In this document: positions 26,726-39,249 of the stretch, in pieces
Layout: the number at the start of each line of letters is the position of its first letter
Numbering within the stretch: the stretch's first letter is position 1
Source: Paraphysomonas bandaiensis
Taxonomy: Eukaryota; Protista; Chrysophyceae
DNA length: 64,000 nt
Direction of reading: 5' to 3'
NCBI GenBank assembly: GCA_965644295.1
Contig: CBFFRP010000073.1
Location: 50,839 to 114,838 of the forward strand
Made by a program: the position numbers and the translations under genes
The notes under the pieces: generated by a model
The model's input: the letters and a program-made list of their open reading frames with translations, nothing else
Told to the model about the DNA's origin: nothing
The model's database searches: none

Positions 26726-27110
26726 CATGAAACTTAAATATATAATATTATTATAATGTTGACTGTATAATATCGTGACTATCAATTAAATTATTATGTA
26801 GTATTCTCAACATGTATCGCAATTTAGTAGATACTAAAAGTAAATAAAAATAAAAATAGTGTGAGCTTCGAGTTGTCAACGCAATTACTATTAACTTAAA
26901 CTGTTACAAGTAAGTGTTAAATTACTACAAAAAAAGTAGTTTAAAATAGTAGGTTTTGACCGTTTTACCAGATTTGGGCATCACATCGACTTTATATGTC
27001 AGAATTTCTAGCAGACGTCGTCAATGATGGTACAAGGTATACTAATATTACTTATAAGTACATGTATGTCTTAAATATTGAACCTTGACGAATAAACAGG
27101 CAATATATAA

Positions 27111-27700
27111 CTACTCCACTCCTATTCTTAATTCTGGTCGGATGTACACTTCATTGCAGTTTTGCATATCTCCAACAGAAAATAAATTGCATCTTGCACA
27201 CTCGAATTCTGTGGAGCTGGCAAGACACGGAGAAGAAAAGGTGCAGCACTCAGAATTCGAAGTTCCAAATCGTAAATCCCCATCCAATAAAAATGCAAAC
27301 CCACCACCACCGCCACCCATCCCGATGCTATCTACAGAAGTTAACATGAAATAGTCATTATCCAAAGTCGCAACATAGGTACTAATTGTTTCCTTCTCGC
27401 CTTGATGCCTTCCAGAGAAACGAAACACACGACATGTGCCTCTGCCATAGTACTTCTCTCCTTCTGTAGTATACGTTATTCAGATATCGTACATATGCAC
27501 AGTTATCGCACCAAATCGCCAAGGGTCATCGCAGACTATACCACCAAACAGCGCACCAGCAGTATCTTCTATCAATAGAATCGTCCTTGAGCTTCCTTTG
27601 CTTCGTTTAACGAGTGTTTCAACACTGGCCCCATCACGTAGAAGGCTATACCTGCGTAACGACGGTGACAAGGTCAGCTCAATATCATCGAATATAGCAA
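27111..27700 (-). pseudogene. TLDc-domain (OXR1/NCOA7-like) gene fragment, 5' end missing or TE-disrupted
   Basis: YSLLRDGASVETL...ILLIEDTAGALFGG...|YYGRGTCRVFRF...IGMGGGGGGFAFLLDGDLRFGTS..CCTFSSPCL; no convincing N-terminus, upstream DNA is repeats. Confidence 0.75.
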
Positions 27701-28014
27701 ACCTCAGCTCCCACCTCGACAACGAGCACCATCTACACCACCGACTTACACTCTCATATACATCTAGCCCCAACCATCCCCCGTAAAACTCACGATACAG
27801 GCCCGGCAGACACACTGCCCAAAGGCAGACCCCCCGATTAACCTCACTGCAAGGGACGGTTGAACCATGGTGCTCGCAGCGATGCACAAGCAGTCCCGAG
27901 ACGGTAGCCCGCCACTAGTAGTATATAGTAAGTCGAGTTATTAGTTATTCTATAGATGTAAAACTAGTTTCTGTACGCAACCGTTCTCATGTAATAATCA
28001 GATATTCTTTTATA

Positions 28015-28390
28015 TTTCACTATACACCCATATACTACCTCACTATACATCACTATATTATACCACTATACCATCTCACTATACATCACTATACCATCTC
28101 ACCATATGCCACTATACTATCTCACTATATACCACTATACCATCTCACTATACAACCACTGTACCATCTAACTATATATCACTATCCATCTAACTATGCT
28201 AATATACCATCTCACTATACATCCCTATACCATATTACTATTCACCACTATACCATCCCACTATATACCACTATACCATCTCACTATATACCACTACTAT
28301 ACCATATCACTATATATCACTATACCATCTCACCATATGCCACTATACTATCTCACTATACATCACTCTACCATCTCACTATACTATACC
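28015..28390. repeat. Degenerate minisatellite built from CACTATAC / CACTATACCATCT units
   Basis: Directly visible tandem array, almost G-free on the + strand. Confidence 0.9.
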
Positions 28391-28685
28391 AATAAAGGTA
28401 GTATAGGTCGTTGCAATAAATATATAATACGTTAATACATTGCAATATGATAAGATACTAGATATCACACTGAGTAGTGAATGTCTTACTGTTAGCAACG
28501 GGCGTTTAAGAGTCAGTGCTTTCCTCTAGTAGTAAATGTCTGACAACTAGCAATCGGCGTGTAAGAGTCAGAACTAATGAGCAAACCAAGTTAGTGCTTA
28601 ACTCTGATATCCTACTCTATTAAGCGCTACGATTTCAACGTAGACAACTCAGCCAGCTCTTTTTACGTTCAACTTATACACTGCA

Positions 28686-29342
28686 GTCTGACACAGAATC
28701 AGATTGCCACCATTCGTCACCAACATTATTTGCAGTTGGCGAACTAGTTTCATACTCAATTTAAGAGATAAGCAGCGACATGTGTAACACATATATTTAA
28801 TCAATAAATGTAAGAGATATACATATACTCAGGTACACAGTGACAATACTTACGATATCAAATATAATGATGGACTGTATGACAACAACCTAGCGGCAAA
28901 CTACTTGAGGCACTTAACAGGTTAGTATAATATATATGACTATTATGTAAACGTTATATTATAATATACACAGTAACTTCGTCAACAAAGAAAAGGACTT
29001 AAAAACAGCAATGGGAAATAGTGACAGAGCGTACATTCGGTTGGATCAAGGCGCTCTCTCGACTGAGAATGTTGTGACCGGAAAACGTCGACGTAGTAGT
29101 GAGGTATCGTACAAAGAATAGCTCTATATTATGCTTGACGGAATGCTGTGAAGATTGCTGTAAAATACTGAAGTAATATGCAAGAAAGTAGTAAAAAATA
29201 TTATAAACAATATTCTTTACACTATTAATACCTTCATAGTTAGTTATTATGCATATATATTTAAACCCTTTTCCGACCATCATCAAATATTTCACCAGTA
29301 TTTTATACATTATTTCACCAGTTTTTGGTATTACCTCGACTA
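28686..29342 (+). mobile_element. Partial second copy (right end) of the outer AAG/CTA TIR element
   Basis: Aligns to 45755-46448 including the Tudor-like exons and terminal TTTTGGTATTACCTCGACT. Confidence 0.85.
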
Positions 29343-29542
29343 CTTAGCGGAGCCCCGAGACTCTGCAGATTTTACACATCCCTCTTGCACCTTGCACTAT
29401 ATCTCACTTTCACACGGAACACTATCTCCAATCGATCCAACTCTGACCCTCCCTTAAACATCGCGGACCCCGACCCCAAAGCACCGCTTGACACAGAAGG
29501 ACTACACGTCAATGAGCAGCTCTCACACATACTTACTCAAAA

Positions 29543-29780
29543 TCCTTAAGTCAGCAGAAGTCAGGTAAGGTATATCGACATTCTGCTTGCACAATGTGTT
29601 TACTTTGTGCGATGGAGCGAAATTAGTTGCTTCCTCTTCTATCCTACTATTTGACGCTACGAAACCTACGTGTGCGCCACCGCAAGTACCAAGGTGCAAC
29701 CACTTTCGCTCTATCACTAAAAGCAAACGCAGTGAGCAAGCAGAATGTTGATATACCTGACATCTGCTGCTGACTTTTAG
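29543..29780. repeat. Fold-back family H repeat: ~80-bp imperfect inverted arms around the T-hairpin core
   Basis: Left TAAGTCAGCAG...ACATTCTGCTTGC...GAGCGAAA versus right TTTCGCTC...GCAAGCAGAATGT...CTGCTGACTT. Confidence 0.75.
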
Positions 29781-29958
29781 CAATCAGCTACAAGTACGTA
29801 CTTCGGAGTAGGTTGTAGTTAATATACTAACGTGCGTGGAATACGTGGGTGCGTATTACATCACAGATAGGCTAGCATTTTTGGAGAAATAAATGGATGG
29901 ATAATTATTAGAAAACAGTATGTTACAATCAATTCACTAAAAGTTGCAACTATTTGGT

Positions 29959-32900
29959 CTATTTTGATTTTCTGACTTTCGCTTTCGACTTGCGCTTAGA
30001 TGTGGAAACCGCAGATGCAGATCGTTTATTGCCAGAAAGAGGTTTCGTTTCCCCTTTGTAGCCCTGCCATTTCTCTTGTTGTCGTACACTGGTGGTGGTC
30101 GCATCAGTAAAGAAATGATGGGGTGCAATGCGTTCAGACCCTATCTCGACCCATTCATCGTGGCAAGATTTCCAGCCCTTAAAATGAAACTTCGCTTCTC
30201 GTTTGCCAGGAATTTTTTTTGAGTCACGTATACTCTTTACTTGGGCCTCATAATAGATCTTGTTTCTAAGACAGAACACATCTTTCCAAGTACCTACTGT
30301 GCACATCTCTTCCGTGACATCGTGGGGCAAACATGTGCCCACTGTGTTTTCCTTGTCTGGGTCGAAGTAATCCTGCGGTGCATCACATGAAGCTTTCTCG
30401 GGCTCATCCCAGAAGTTGAGTTCACAGGTCCACTCTTCTGGTAACTCTTCTATGTTAATATGAAAAGGCACTCGCCGCCATTTGAGGCAGCGCTCGCATT
30501 GCACCCACTCAGTGGGTTTCTCGGGTGGAAGATTACTATCAAACTGACCAAAATCCTGCGTTGTGCGTCTGCGATCGGCACCAAACATGTCGTCCAGACA
30601 ACGCTCGACGGCGTCCACACGACCCAGAGCAACGTCCAGTACAGGTGATCCTATAAGAGGAGTATCGCCGGGAGGTGGTTCTGAGAAACACCGACGCACG
30701 GCTGAGGGCCATGGCTGGGCCTGAGACCGATCAGTCATCAAGTGCGCATGCAGCTGGTCCCGCGTCTCAGTCGTATAACGCCCTTCAACACTGCCAAAAC
30801 AAGTGGCTGGGGCAGGGAGGATGCAAGTGCCCAGCAAGTCAGGTACACTGGATTCTTGATCTGTGCCCGCATTAAACCAGCCGATACACTGCCAGAAAAC
30901 GTAACTAGGATCATAAGCTTTCTTTCCAGTATATATAACTTCGTTCGGATGCAGTGATACCACACCCGATTTTGACGAGGACTGGTTGGAAGACTGTGGC
31001 ATCAATAAACAAAGAAATGGAACTCAATTATGACTCACCCGTGACCTCTTCTGCCCACTAGTGGATTTAGATTTCTTCGGTGCACCCTCTGTGTTGATAT
31101 TAGTCTCTGTATTATTGCTTAGTGATTCTCCAGTAACTATATGTCCATTGCCGCTAAGTTCACCACCAACCGATACTTCCTCTTCCATAGACTGTACTTC
31201 CATAGGTTCGAATGACACCCCGTTCTCTCCACTTGCAGCACAGACAACAGTTTGTGGAAGACTCCCTGCACGTCAACTTATAAATTGAGAACGCTTGCCA
31301 CATGGACTCCGTACCGTTACTCGGTAAGGACCCAGAAGTAGTCCGAAGCTTCTTGATTTTGTCTTTGGCTATGGTAGTGGTACCCAATTCTCGTGCTACC
31401 ACTTCTACGGGTTCGGAGTAAATGGGTTCGTACTCCTACGTCACCACAGTCAGATATCGCACAATCTCATGAACTAAAACATGTACACCTGTATCTGTGC
31501 AAAGTTTGTAGTATTGATCCACATGTTAAGAACATCCACCAGCAAGGTTAGTCTGGCAAAAAATTAGCACAGAAACATATCATTATCTCGTTTTCACCGT
31601 GCAGTAGGGATTTCTAGATCTTTAATTGCAACCAGCACGTCGCGGGCAACCCGTATTTTCTCCTTAAGCAGAGACGTGGTAGCTGGAACATTCACTTCAG
31701 CAAAGACGTCTTTAAGGGCACTGGTCGCTGCCTCCGCCCTACTGCGCGCCCCTCCTTCCACCTGGACGGCGGGGAGAGCATTAACGAGGTGCTTTTGTAA
31801 AAGCCTAGGAATAGGTTTTAGAGCGCCCCACACAAGTGGGATAGTGTCGACTGCTGACAACATTCGCAAAGGCTGTGCGGCTCTGAGCTTCTCCGGCTGG
31901 CGAGAAAGGAACCTAGACACCAAGGAGCAGCAGCAAACGAGGCTCTGTAAGCGCTGCTCTAGCACACACCTCGCGTCCATGTCCGCAGAGGAGTAGGTGT
32001 ATGGGGATGGAGATCCATCTCGTGAACGAAGTAGGGCGCAAGGTAAGGCCTTACGTTCATACTCAACAAATCGGAGGTTGTCAATGACAAATTTTTTTAG
32101 CCACAGGGCGGAGTTATTGCCCAGAGCTATATCGCCTATCCCATGGTGAGCCAGAATGGCCTGGTCACTCGCAGAAAGGCTTCTTCCAGAACATCCCCGC
32201 AGAAGGGAAGCAACTCGTAATACGGGACCGCAGCCCTGGTTAAGTACTTGCTGAAGATCATCTTGCGTAGCTAGGTGCAGGAACGACCCTCGACAGGCAA
32301 GGGAACCACATAAACAGATGGCGGCACGCCATTCCACTTCCGAGGTAGTGATGCTATAGTAATCCATACACAGTTCCTCGCCGTAGCTTACATGTCGGTT
32401 CTGTGAACATAACATTGAGCACATGAGATACATAGGTATGAGCAGCATGCGCATACCGTGGTCAGAGTGATGCAGAGTCTCCCGTTACGAGCTACGACGG
32501 CAGAAGTGCAGTTGGCATCACATGAATGCGAGCAACTGCTTCCAAGATTAGCGCGTTGAGAAGCGTCCACAAATATAAGGCCTGCATCCACAACATAATT
32601 CACCGCAATGTGATATCAAATACAATAGTACACACCATATCCCCTGTCGTCCTTGCGCGGCCTTTCTAGTAGGATATTGTAGAAATCCGGCAGCGTCGGT
32701 TTAAGCTCATAGCTTTTCTGCGCCTGCTGCACCACTTCCAGCTTCTCGCACCACCTGTAAGGGGGATACATCTCGCCAAGGTATTCAGCAATCACAACAT
32801 GAGCGGCGATTCCCTCCTTTGCAGTACAGATTACTCCAGTACCCTTAGGATGGATACGCAGATATTGTTCACTGTCTAGTTCCAAAGAGGCCGTTAGTAC

Positions 32901-34194
32901 AGTCTCCGCGTAGAGTGCGTCTCGAACCGATGTTAATGGATTCTAACGCACCATTACGTGCCATATTCAACATAATTACTAACATGACTTACTTTGATAA
33001 TATGTTTAAGGACGAGATCAATTCGATGAGCATGTGGAGTGGGGACTGCATTGATTGCCGGCAACAGGGTTTTCTCAATGAACCGCCTGAAGTCTTTTTC
33101 ACAATGTGGTAGGGCTAGTCCGTCTTCAGCGGGTTGCTTGTGCAGATATTCGTCCTGCAGTATGAGCTCGATCATCCGGGTAGTGTGGCAGTCCATACCC
33201 CACACTGGTCTCTCCTCTAGGGCTGGTCCTAGTCCAAGGGGTGCCCGCTTAAGTACCTCCAGGTCATTACAGACCTTGTCTTGCACCTTCCCAATCATGA
33301 TCTCCATTAAACCTTCAATCTGAGAACGAATTATGTCATCTTCTGAAGGAGGAGTGGCCATACTGTCTCTAAAGTTGAGCATCCATTCTTCGGTAAGGCT
33401 ACGGTCATCATAATTATAAGCGGGACCCAAGAATCCGTCCAGGGTCGTGTCAAGCTGTCGCTTTAGCTCTTCGTCATCAGCAGGGTCAACGGACCCAGCA
33501 ACCACATACTCATTTATCGGGTCATACTGCCTGAGAGCATAAGCCTCTTTTCTCCACCTGGTGACAATACACGTAGATTATGCGCAACAAGTGCAATATT
33601 CAGTTACATACTTCCCGGGAAACATTGGCTGTCCGTTGCGGTCCTGGTAACACATATTACATATACACACCAACGAAATGAAAGCAGCACAATACATAAC
33701 ATACCAACAGGCTCTTAATGCGCATTTTAGAGGGTGGCATGGGTTTAGGAGTCTCCAAGTTTTGTCTCTCTATCTCATATACGATCTCATCACTTATGCT
33801 CTCAGGAAGCGTCTTCATCTCAAACTTCTGTTCACAAACAGTTACACAGACAACACAACACCACCAACCTCACCTCACTGTTGCTAACGGAGTACCCTAT
33901 TTGAATATCCTCAGCCACTAACTGCCAGTTGACGCCTCTATACGCCACTGTACCTTTATCTCTCACCAGACTCCGCGGCAAGATATCTCCCTTATGATCA
34001 AAATCCTCGAAATAAATCCCTGTCTTCGCCTTATTGTAGAGATCATTCAACCATGATATATCTGCATTAAGGGGGTGTATTTGTCTGCACTCATTAGTGA
34101 TTCTATCGAACAGTAATCGAACTCTTTTCAAGTTTTTCAAATCAGCGTCATCGAAGTTCGTCTCGCACTTCACTGCGCGGTGTCCCTTCAACAT
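29959..34194 (-). CDS. ATXR3/SDG2-like SET-domain histone lysine methyltransferase with CW zinc finger and C-terminal chromo-barrel, multi-exon
   Basis: HPKGTGVIC...EYLGEMYPPYRWCEK...PDFYNILLERP..D..GY|LIFVDAS...SHSCDANC...GEELCMDY.S.T....AICLCGSLACRGSFL; CW finger WVQCERCLKWR...WTCELNFWD...CDAPQD; barrel YEAQV...FHFKGWKSCHDEWV. Confidence 0.88.
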
Positions 34195-35207
34195 CGAGCG
34201 AAGTCACACCCAATTAGGAAGATAATGCGGTTAGTGACCCTAAAAGGTTGGGTGTCGGACTTTAGTTTACAGGGTTAAGTTGCACTATATGTATTGTATA
34301 TGTTCGATGTATAGTTTCTGTAGCTTAAAGATGAGCTGAGCCACTGTCTGGGACTGCTGCTTCCGCAGTGCACATGAAAAGACCAGGATAATTCGAATTT
34401 AAAAATATCCGGTTGAAAAAATGTGTAGCCGGATCAGCAGCCAGAGCATGGATTGGAGTACATTGTATTCATGCCATAAATACTGCTGTAAGGTGTACAG
34501 GGTCTGCGTATTCCGGTATTCTTTAACAGCCACGCCTAAAAAAAAAACTCTGAAATCCACGGACGCCCCAATATATCCAGATATCTCTGTCATATACAAG
34601 CCACTCCATAGTCATGCAGGTCTTATAAAACTTCGACTTGGTACGTAAAACTGCATACATAGATTACACTTGAGTAGTCTATGGAACATAATTGGCTATG
34701 AGCGTATCAGGACGATGTGACTCATTATATGGACGCACCTACTGATACACTGTCAGAGTGGAGGCCTGTTGGTCGTCCAATGGACGGGCTTCTAGATTTT
34801 CCCTGTGTCCGCCTTCCTGCTGCAATGATATGGTAACTGTCTATGGTAAGTAACCTACGTGATATATAAAATCCTGTTGCGTTGAGCTTCAATATGTATC
34901 TACTAAATGTATATGTACTACGTCGAACATGTCGTGGTGTGGTGATGGGGCCTGTACATCATTGATCTTTGCTAAACCACTGGAGATAATAGCCAATATC
35001 CAATATATACTGCTATCTGCGTATACTAAATACTATACAACGTAAACACTCTTACAAATAGACAACAGAATTGGCATATATATATAAGGCTGGCTTCATA
35101 CAAAACATGCCATGTTGTGGCATAATAAAGTAGCAGAACATGAAACACGTCAATTTACAAGAAATTAATTAACATTGATATTATCACACGAAAGACACTG
35201 TAAAGTT

Positions 35208-36521
35208 AACCTAGTCTTTTAATAATTTTTATTTTCAGTTTACAATAAATAGGTTGACTATAGGTGTTTTAGGAATTTCACCTAAGTCAAAAACAATAAT
35301 TCCACTCAAACATGAAAGCATACTCTAGCCATCAAGTAATGAAAATTCAACCATTGTACACATGCAATACATCACATTTCATCTTCGCAATCAAACGAGA
35401 TTGAATATAAACGAGGTAGTTTCTTCGTCTGAATATAAAAATGGTCGTTTTTCCAAGGAACTTGGAAGATCTGATGATGTATCTGGAGTTCTGTCAGCGA
35501 CATCGTTGATCATTGCAACTCTACTTCTTCCTCAGACAACTGAATAGGGGACACCATGAGTATTAAGCTATAACTATAAGCTACACTCCTTCAAGTAGCT
35601 TATAATAATGTATACAGCTTATTGATTTTGGGGTGTTTGTTTGGATGCTCTCAGAGCCAATAATATTTTCTATGGTGGGGAGCAAGTATCTTGAACAGAC
35701 AGAATCTTTTAGCTACGATGTATCCAACGAACTGAAAATCCTTTCAAGATGCGGTTTGGTTTCGTAACCAATCATTTGAGTACGTTGTTTTGTGTGTCAG
35801 GTCGCTGCATGTTGTTGTCATATCTGTCATATAAACATAAGTGCCACTGATAACCCTTCAGACGGCAAGATTTCATGTCGTTTGGTTCGAAGGGAACTTT
35901 AAGAAATATATGTATATTCTGTTCAGAGAACGAAGAAGAGTGGAGTCCTGTCTATGCTACTATGAAATGTCTCTTTTTCTATATCTAACTTTGCTTTGAC
36001 TTGATCTATGCCGCGTTGGTTTCACTTACCTGCTGTGTGACTTCAACGTTCTGTAATGCGTAGTTATATGCGAGTACAATTTATGACTAGGTTTATAACT
36101 AAAATTGACTAGGTTGAATCATTTATTACTTTGACTAGGTATTTACACCAAAAATAGTGTGACTAGGTAATTCCACCAATTTGACTAGGTTGAATAACAT
36201 TTCCCTTTCACAAATCTTCGAGCTTTATTGGATCTTTGCAATAAAAATGCGGTTTTTAAAATAGTATTTATTACTTTTAAGCATATAAAAAGGTATTAGT
36301 GATTACTTTTGATCAATTAAATGAAGCAAGCTAGAGTCAATTATAATTGCAATTATGATATGTTGTCCCAATTTCAATAATTGACAATTAATTGATACGC
36401 AGCCCTATAAACTACATGTGTACACAATTGCTTTCAACTACTTGACTATAGATTTTACACCAATTTTGGTGTGACTAGAAAATTACACCAAATTGACTAA
36501 TTTGGTTGAATAATACATCCC
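35208..36521. mobile_element. Family M TIR element split by an inversion (35208-36205 body and right TIR; 36427-36521 left TIR inverted)
   Basis: Homology to 10522-11581; TIR ends GGTTGAATAACATTTCCC (36205) and GGTTGAATAATACATCCC (36521). Confidence 0.7.
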
Positions 36522-37412
36522 TTGTTGGTGAAAGACTATAATATCCTCTATACGATTATCTCACATAGTAGTTCATTTAATTAATTAGCGATAAACTGGC
36601 ACCAGTAGTCATTGCACGAGTTTTCTTTGAGAAAATATATGATAATACCGAAGACGTAGCAATAGAAGAAAAGGGGCTCCACATTTGTTGCCATCATGAT
36701 TGACCGCTACTTACTTCTATCTAATCAAATGCGATCATGCGAGTTTGGTTCGGACGTGTTAAGTCTAATATCAAGTGAAGTAGAGCATGCCAAGCTCGTG
36801 CAATTACAGGAGGAATTGGAATTGTTTCAATTAGTGTCCATACAATTACAGAAGGAAGATGAACACCAGCTTGACCTCTACGACGTTTGTACATTGTTTA
36901 ACTACTTCATCTTAAGGCACCCAATTGTCGAGCGTCATCTGCTGGCGACAGTGCTGCTATTATTCATAAGAATCAGTCGTGAAGTTTTAATATGGCAACG
37001 AAGCCGTACTAACTCCGTGAAAAGATCAAATTCAAATTTATTGTTTGATGAGGATGAAGAAGATTATGACGGTGCGAGTCTAGTTCAGAATGACGACGCA
37101 CCGCATCGATTGATTGATAGTAGCGGAAGCGAGAAAGACTTAATCAGCAAACTCGTTACCACAGCATGAAGCACTTGCATGCCACAACCAATAAAGTTGA
37201 AAGGTTGTTCAGTAGAGAGCTAAGATTGTTATGACGGGTTTCATATGCACAAGAGCTTGACTCCTCGACATTGAGAGCTACTTATGGTTTTACGCATGAA
37301 TCGTCGTCTTTTTGGAATGAAATGACAGTTGAGGTAGCTATATTGGCAGCTCTAGTGTATTTAGAACTAAATAGTTGCAATTAATTGCAATAATTGTAAT
37401 TGAGACGAGCTG
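36206..37412 (+). mobile_element. hAT family B element, decayed; left end inverted at 36206-36406
   Basis: End TAGGGCTGCGTATCAATT (reverse, 36406); transposase fragment 36696-37300 including ATTNKVERLFSR dimerisation motif. Confidence 0.75.
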
Positions 37413-37539
37413 AACTTAGTCTTGTAGCTTAAGGTCTAGAGGAAAGAAAAGTAATCGACCGTACAAAGAAACAGCACCTTTCAGAATACGGGATACGGGT
37501 GAAAATACAGTTCAACAAAAAGTTACACCTTCTTAGCTC

Positions 37540-38317
37540 GCACCAAGCTCAATGTCTCAGTTGAGACCGTGGTTGTGTTACATCAGCGGCTCCAGGCTCA
37601 GATTGTCTTCTCCTCCCCACGCATGGCTGTATTTTGTATCACACCACACTGCCGACAAACACCTTGTCTTACCATGTTGTACATGCTTCCCGTTCGATAA
37701 CGTGGCTTTGCAACCATTATCTTCACTAACTCCGTCAGTTAAACTAAGTGCCTGCACCATTGCAGCGCTGTCAGTTCCTATTGGACATCTCCCTTGTAGA
37801 CGTATCTGTCTCACACACCGTTCTCTACGGTTACAACCACTCATCGCATGGCTCGTGCGGGTAGGCACTCGAAAACGGTCCACTTGTTCATTCGCTAACA
37901 CCCATGTTCCCCATCGGCCCCGCTACCTTGTAAGACAGGACCATTTCTTGACGACCGCACAAACCAACCCAGCATGGTTAGTCTGTGCGTCTATTCCCCG
38001 ATGCAAATTGCACACAGTGTATGTGTAGTCTTAAGCGTTCCAGTGTTGTAGTAGTAGACTTAGATCACTGCTTTCACTTGTCATGCTGTACGTTGCACAA
38101 CGTGTCCCCTACATACACACCTATCATATAGCGCCGGTGAGTCCTAGGACACACGACAATGGCGAAACTCGCAATCAACATCAAGAACGGAAGTGGTCGC
38201 ACCTTGGTGCTTGCGGCGACGCACAAGCAGCTTCTGTAGCGTTAAATAGTAGGATAATGGAATTTGTGCTGATTAGTTATGGGTAGAGGTCTAACTAGTA
38301 TGTCTAGCATTCAACTA
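37540..38317 (-). mobile_element. Family H (Helitron-like) mosaic element, continues at 46449-46510 after the nested insertion
   Basis: 37997-38317 plus 46449-46510 is near-identical to the reverse complement of 54334-54719; 37570-37690 matches 55565-55683. Confidence 0.75.
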
Positions 38318-39249
38318 AAGTCGAGGTAATACCAAAACCTGGTAAAGCGATTTCACCAGGTTTCATATCTAATTAAGTATGGAGTTATTATTTTACTGTA
38401 ATTTGTATCTGAGAGGTTAAAGATAAAGAAAAAGTTGCAATTATAGTTGTTATTAGCAATAATTATTGCGTTACAAGTTGGCCCTGCCACGACTTGTGTT
38501 TTGTAATATCATATTCTCATATAGCTGCATTTGCCTCTCTTGAGATTGCAAACGCTCCAACCGAATAGCCTGGTTTTGGATACAATGCATACGCATAAAG
38601 CTATCTTCACCACTACTACTTACACTAGTAGTATTAGTACCTATGCTCTGAGACGACGCGGCTACAGCCGTTGGGGGCGCAGTACTAAAGCAACCTTAAG
38701 ACAAACGTGGGAAAAATGTTCAAATTTGGGACTTTTGATTGAAAGCTATGTTCTACGAGTAATTTTAATGTTAATTTGTCCCGAAATGTTATTCGAGTAG
38801 TTTGCAAGAAGTTTTCATAATTATAGTATGATATTTTAATAAAATATATGATATATTCATTATTTATAAGTAGTTACCGTGGGGCTAGTACGTTTTTCCA
38901 TAACTTTTGGGGCTGAACCTACTGCACTCTAGTATCTTTTCATTCATAAGGTACAATTTCTACTTCATAACTAGCACAAGTTCTATTGACTCTTTTCATG
39001 ACGTTAGCAGCTTCCCTTCCATTCCTTCAGCTACTTCACCGACTATGAACTCTATATCATATTTTCCATTCTTGTATTCTAATACGGCACCATTAATATT
39101 GTGAATTTTCTGATCTTTTCACCTATATTTCATAGAAGTGTTCGTGCCCACTACTATTCTCAGCACTACTATCGCCACAAGTTTCAATGCATTGCGTCGA
39201 TGACCTCATTTCCAATATCTTCACTCAACTATATCTTCATTTCCACTTT

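Noticed and set aside
38083-38286. 67-aa ORF repeated at 54427-54630
   Set aside because: Lies in the family H repeat across the T-hairpin; diverged copies do not preserve it.
38696-38699. TTAA as TSD of a piggyBac/Sola3/Kolobok element
   Set aside because: The inverted repeat extends 8 bp beyond TTAA on both sides, so TTAA is internal to the TIR.
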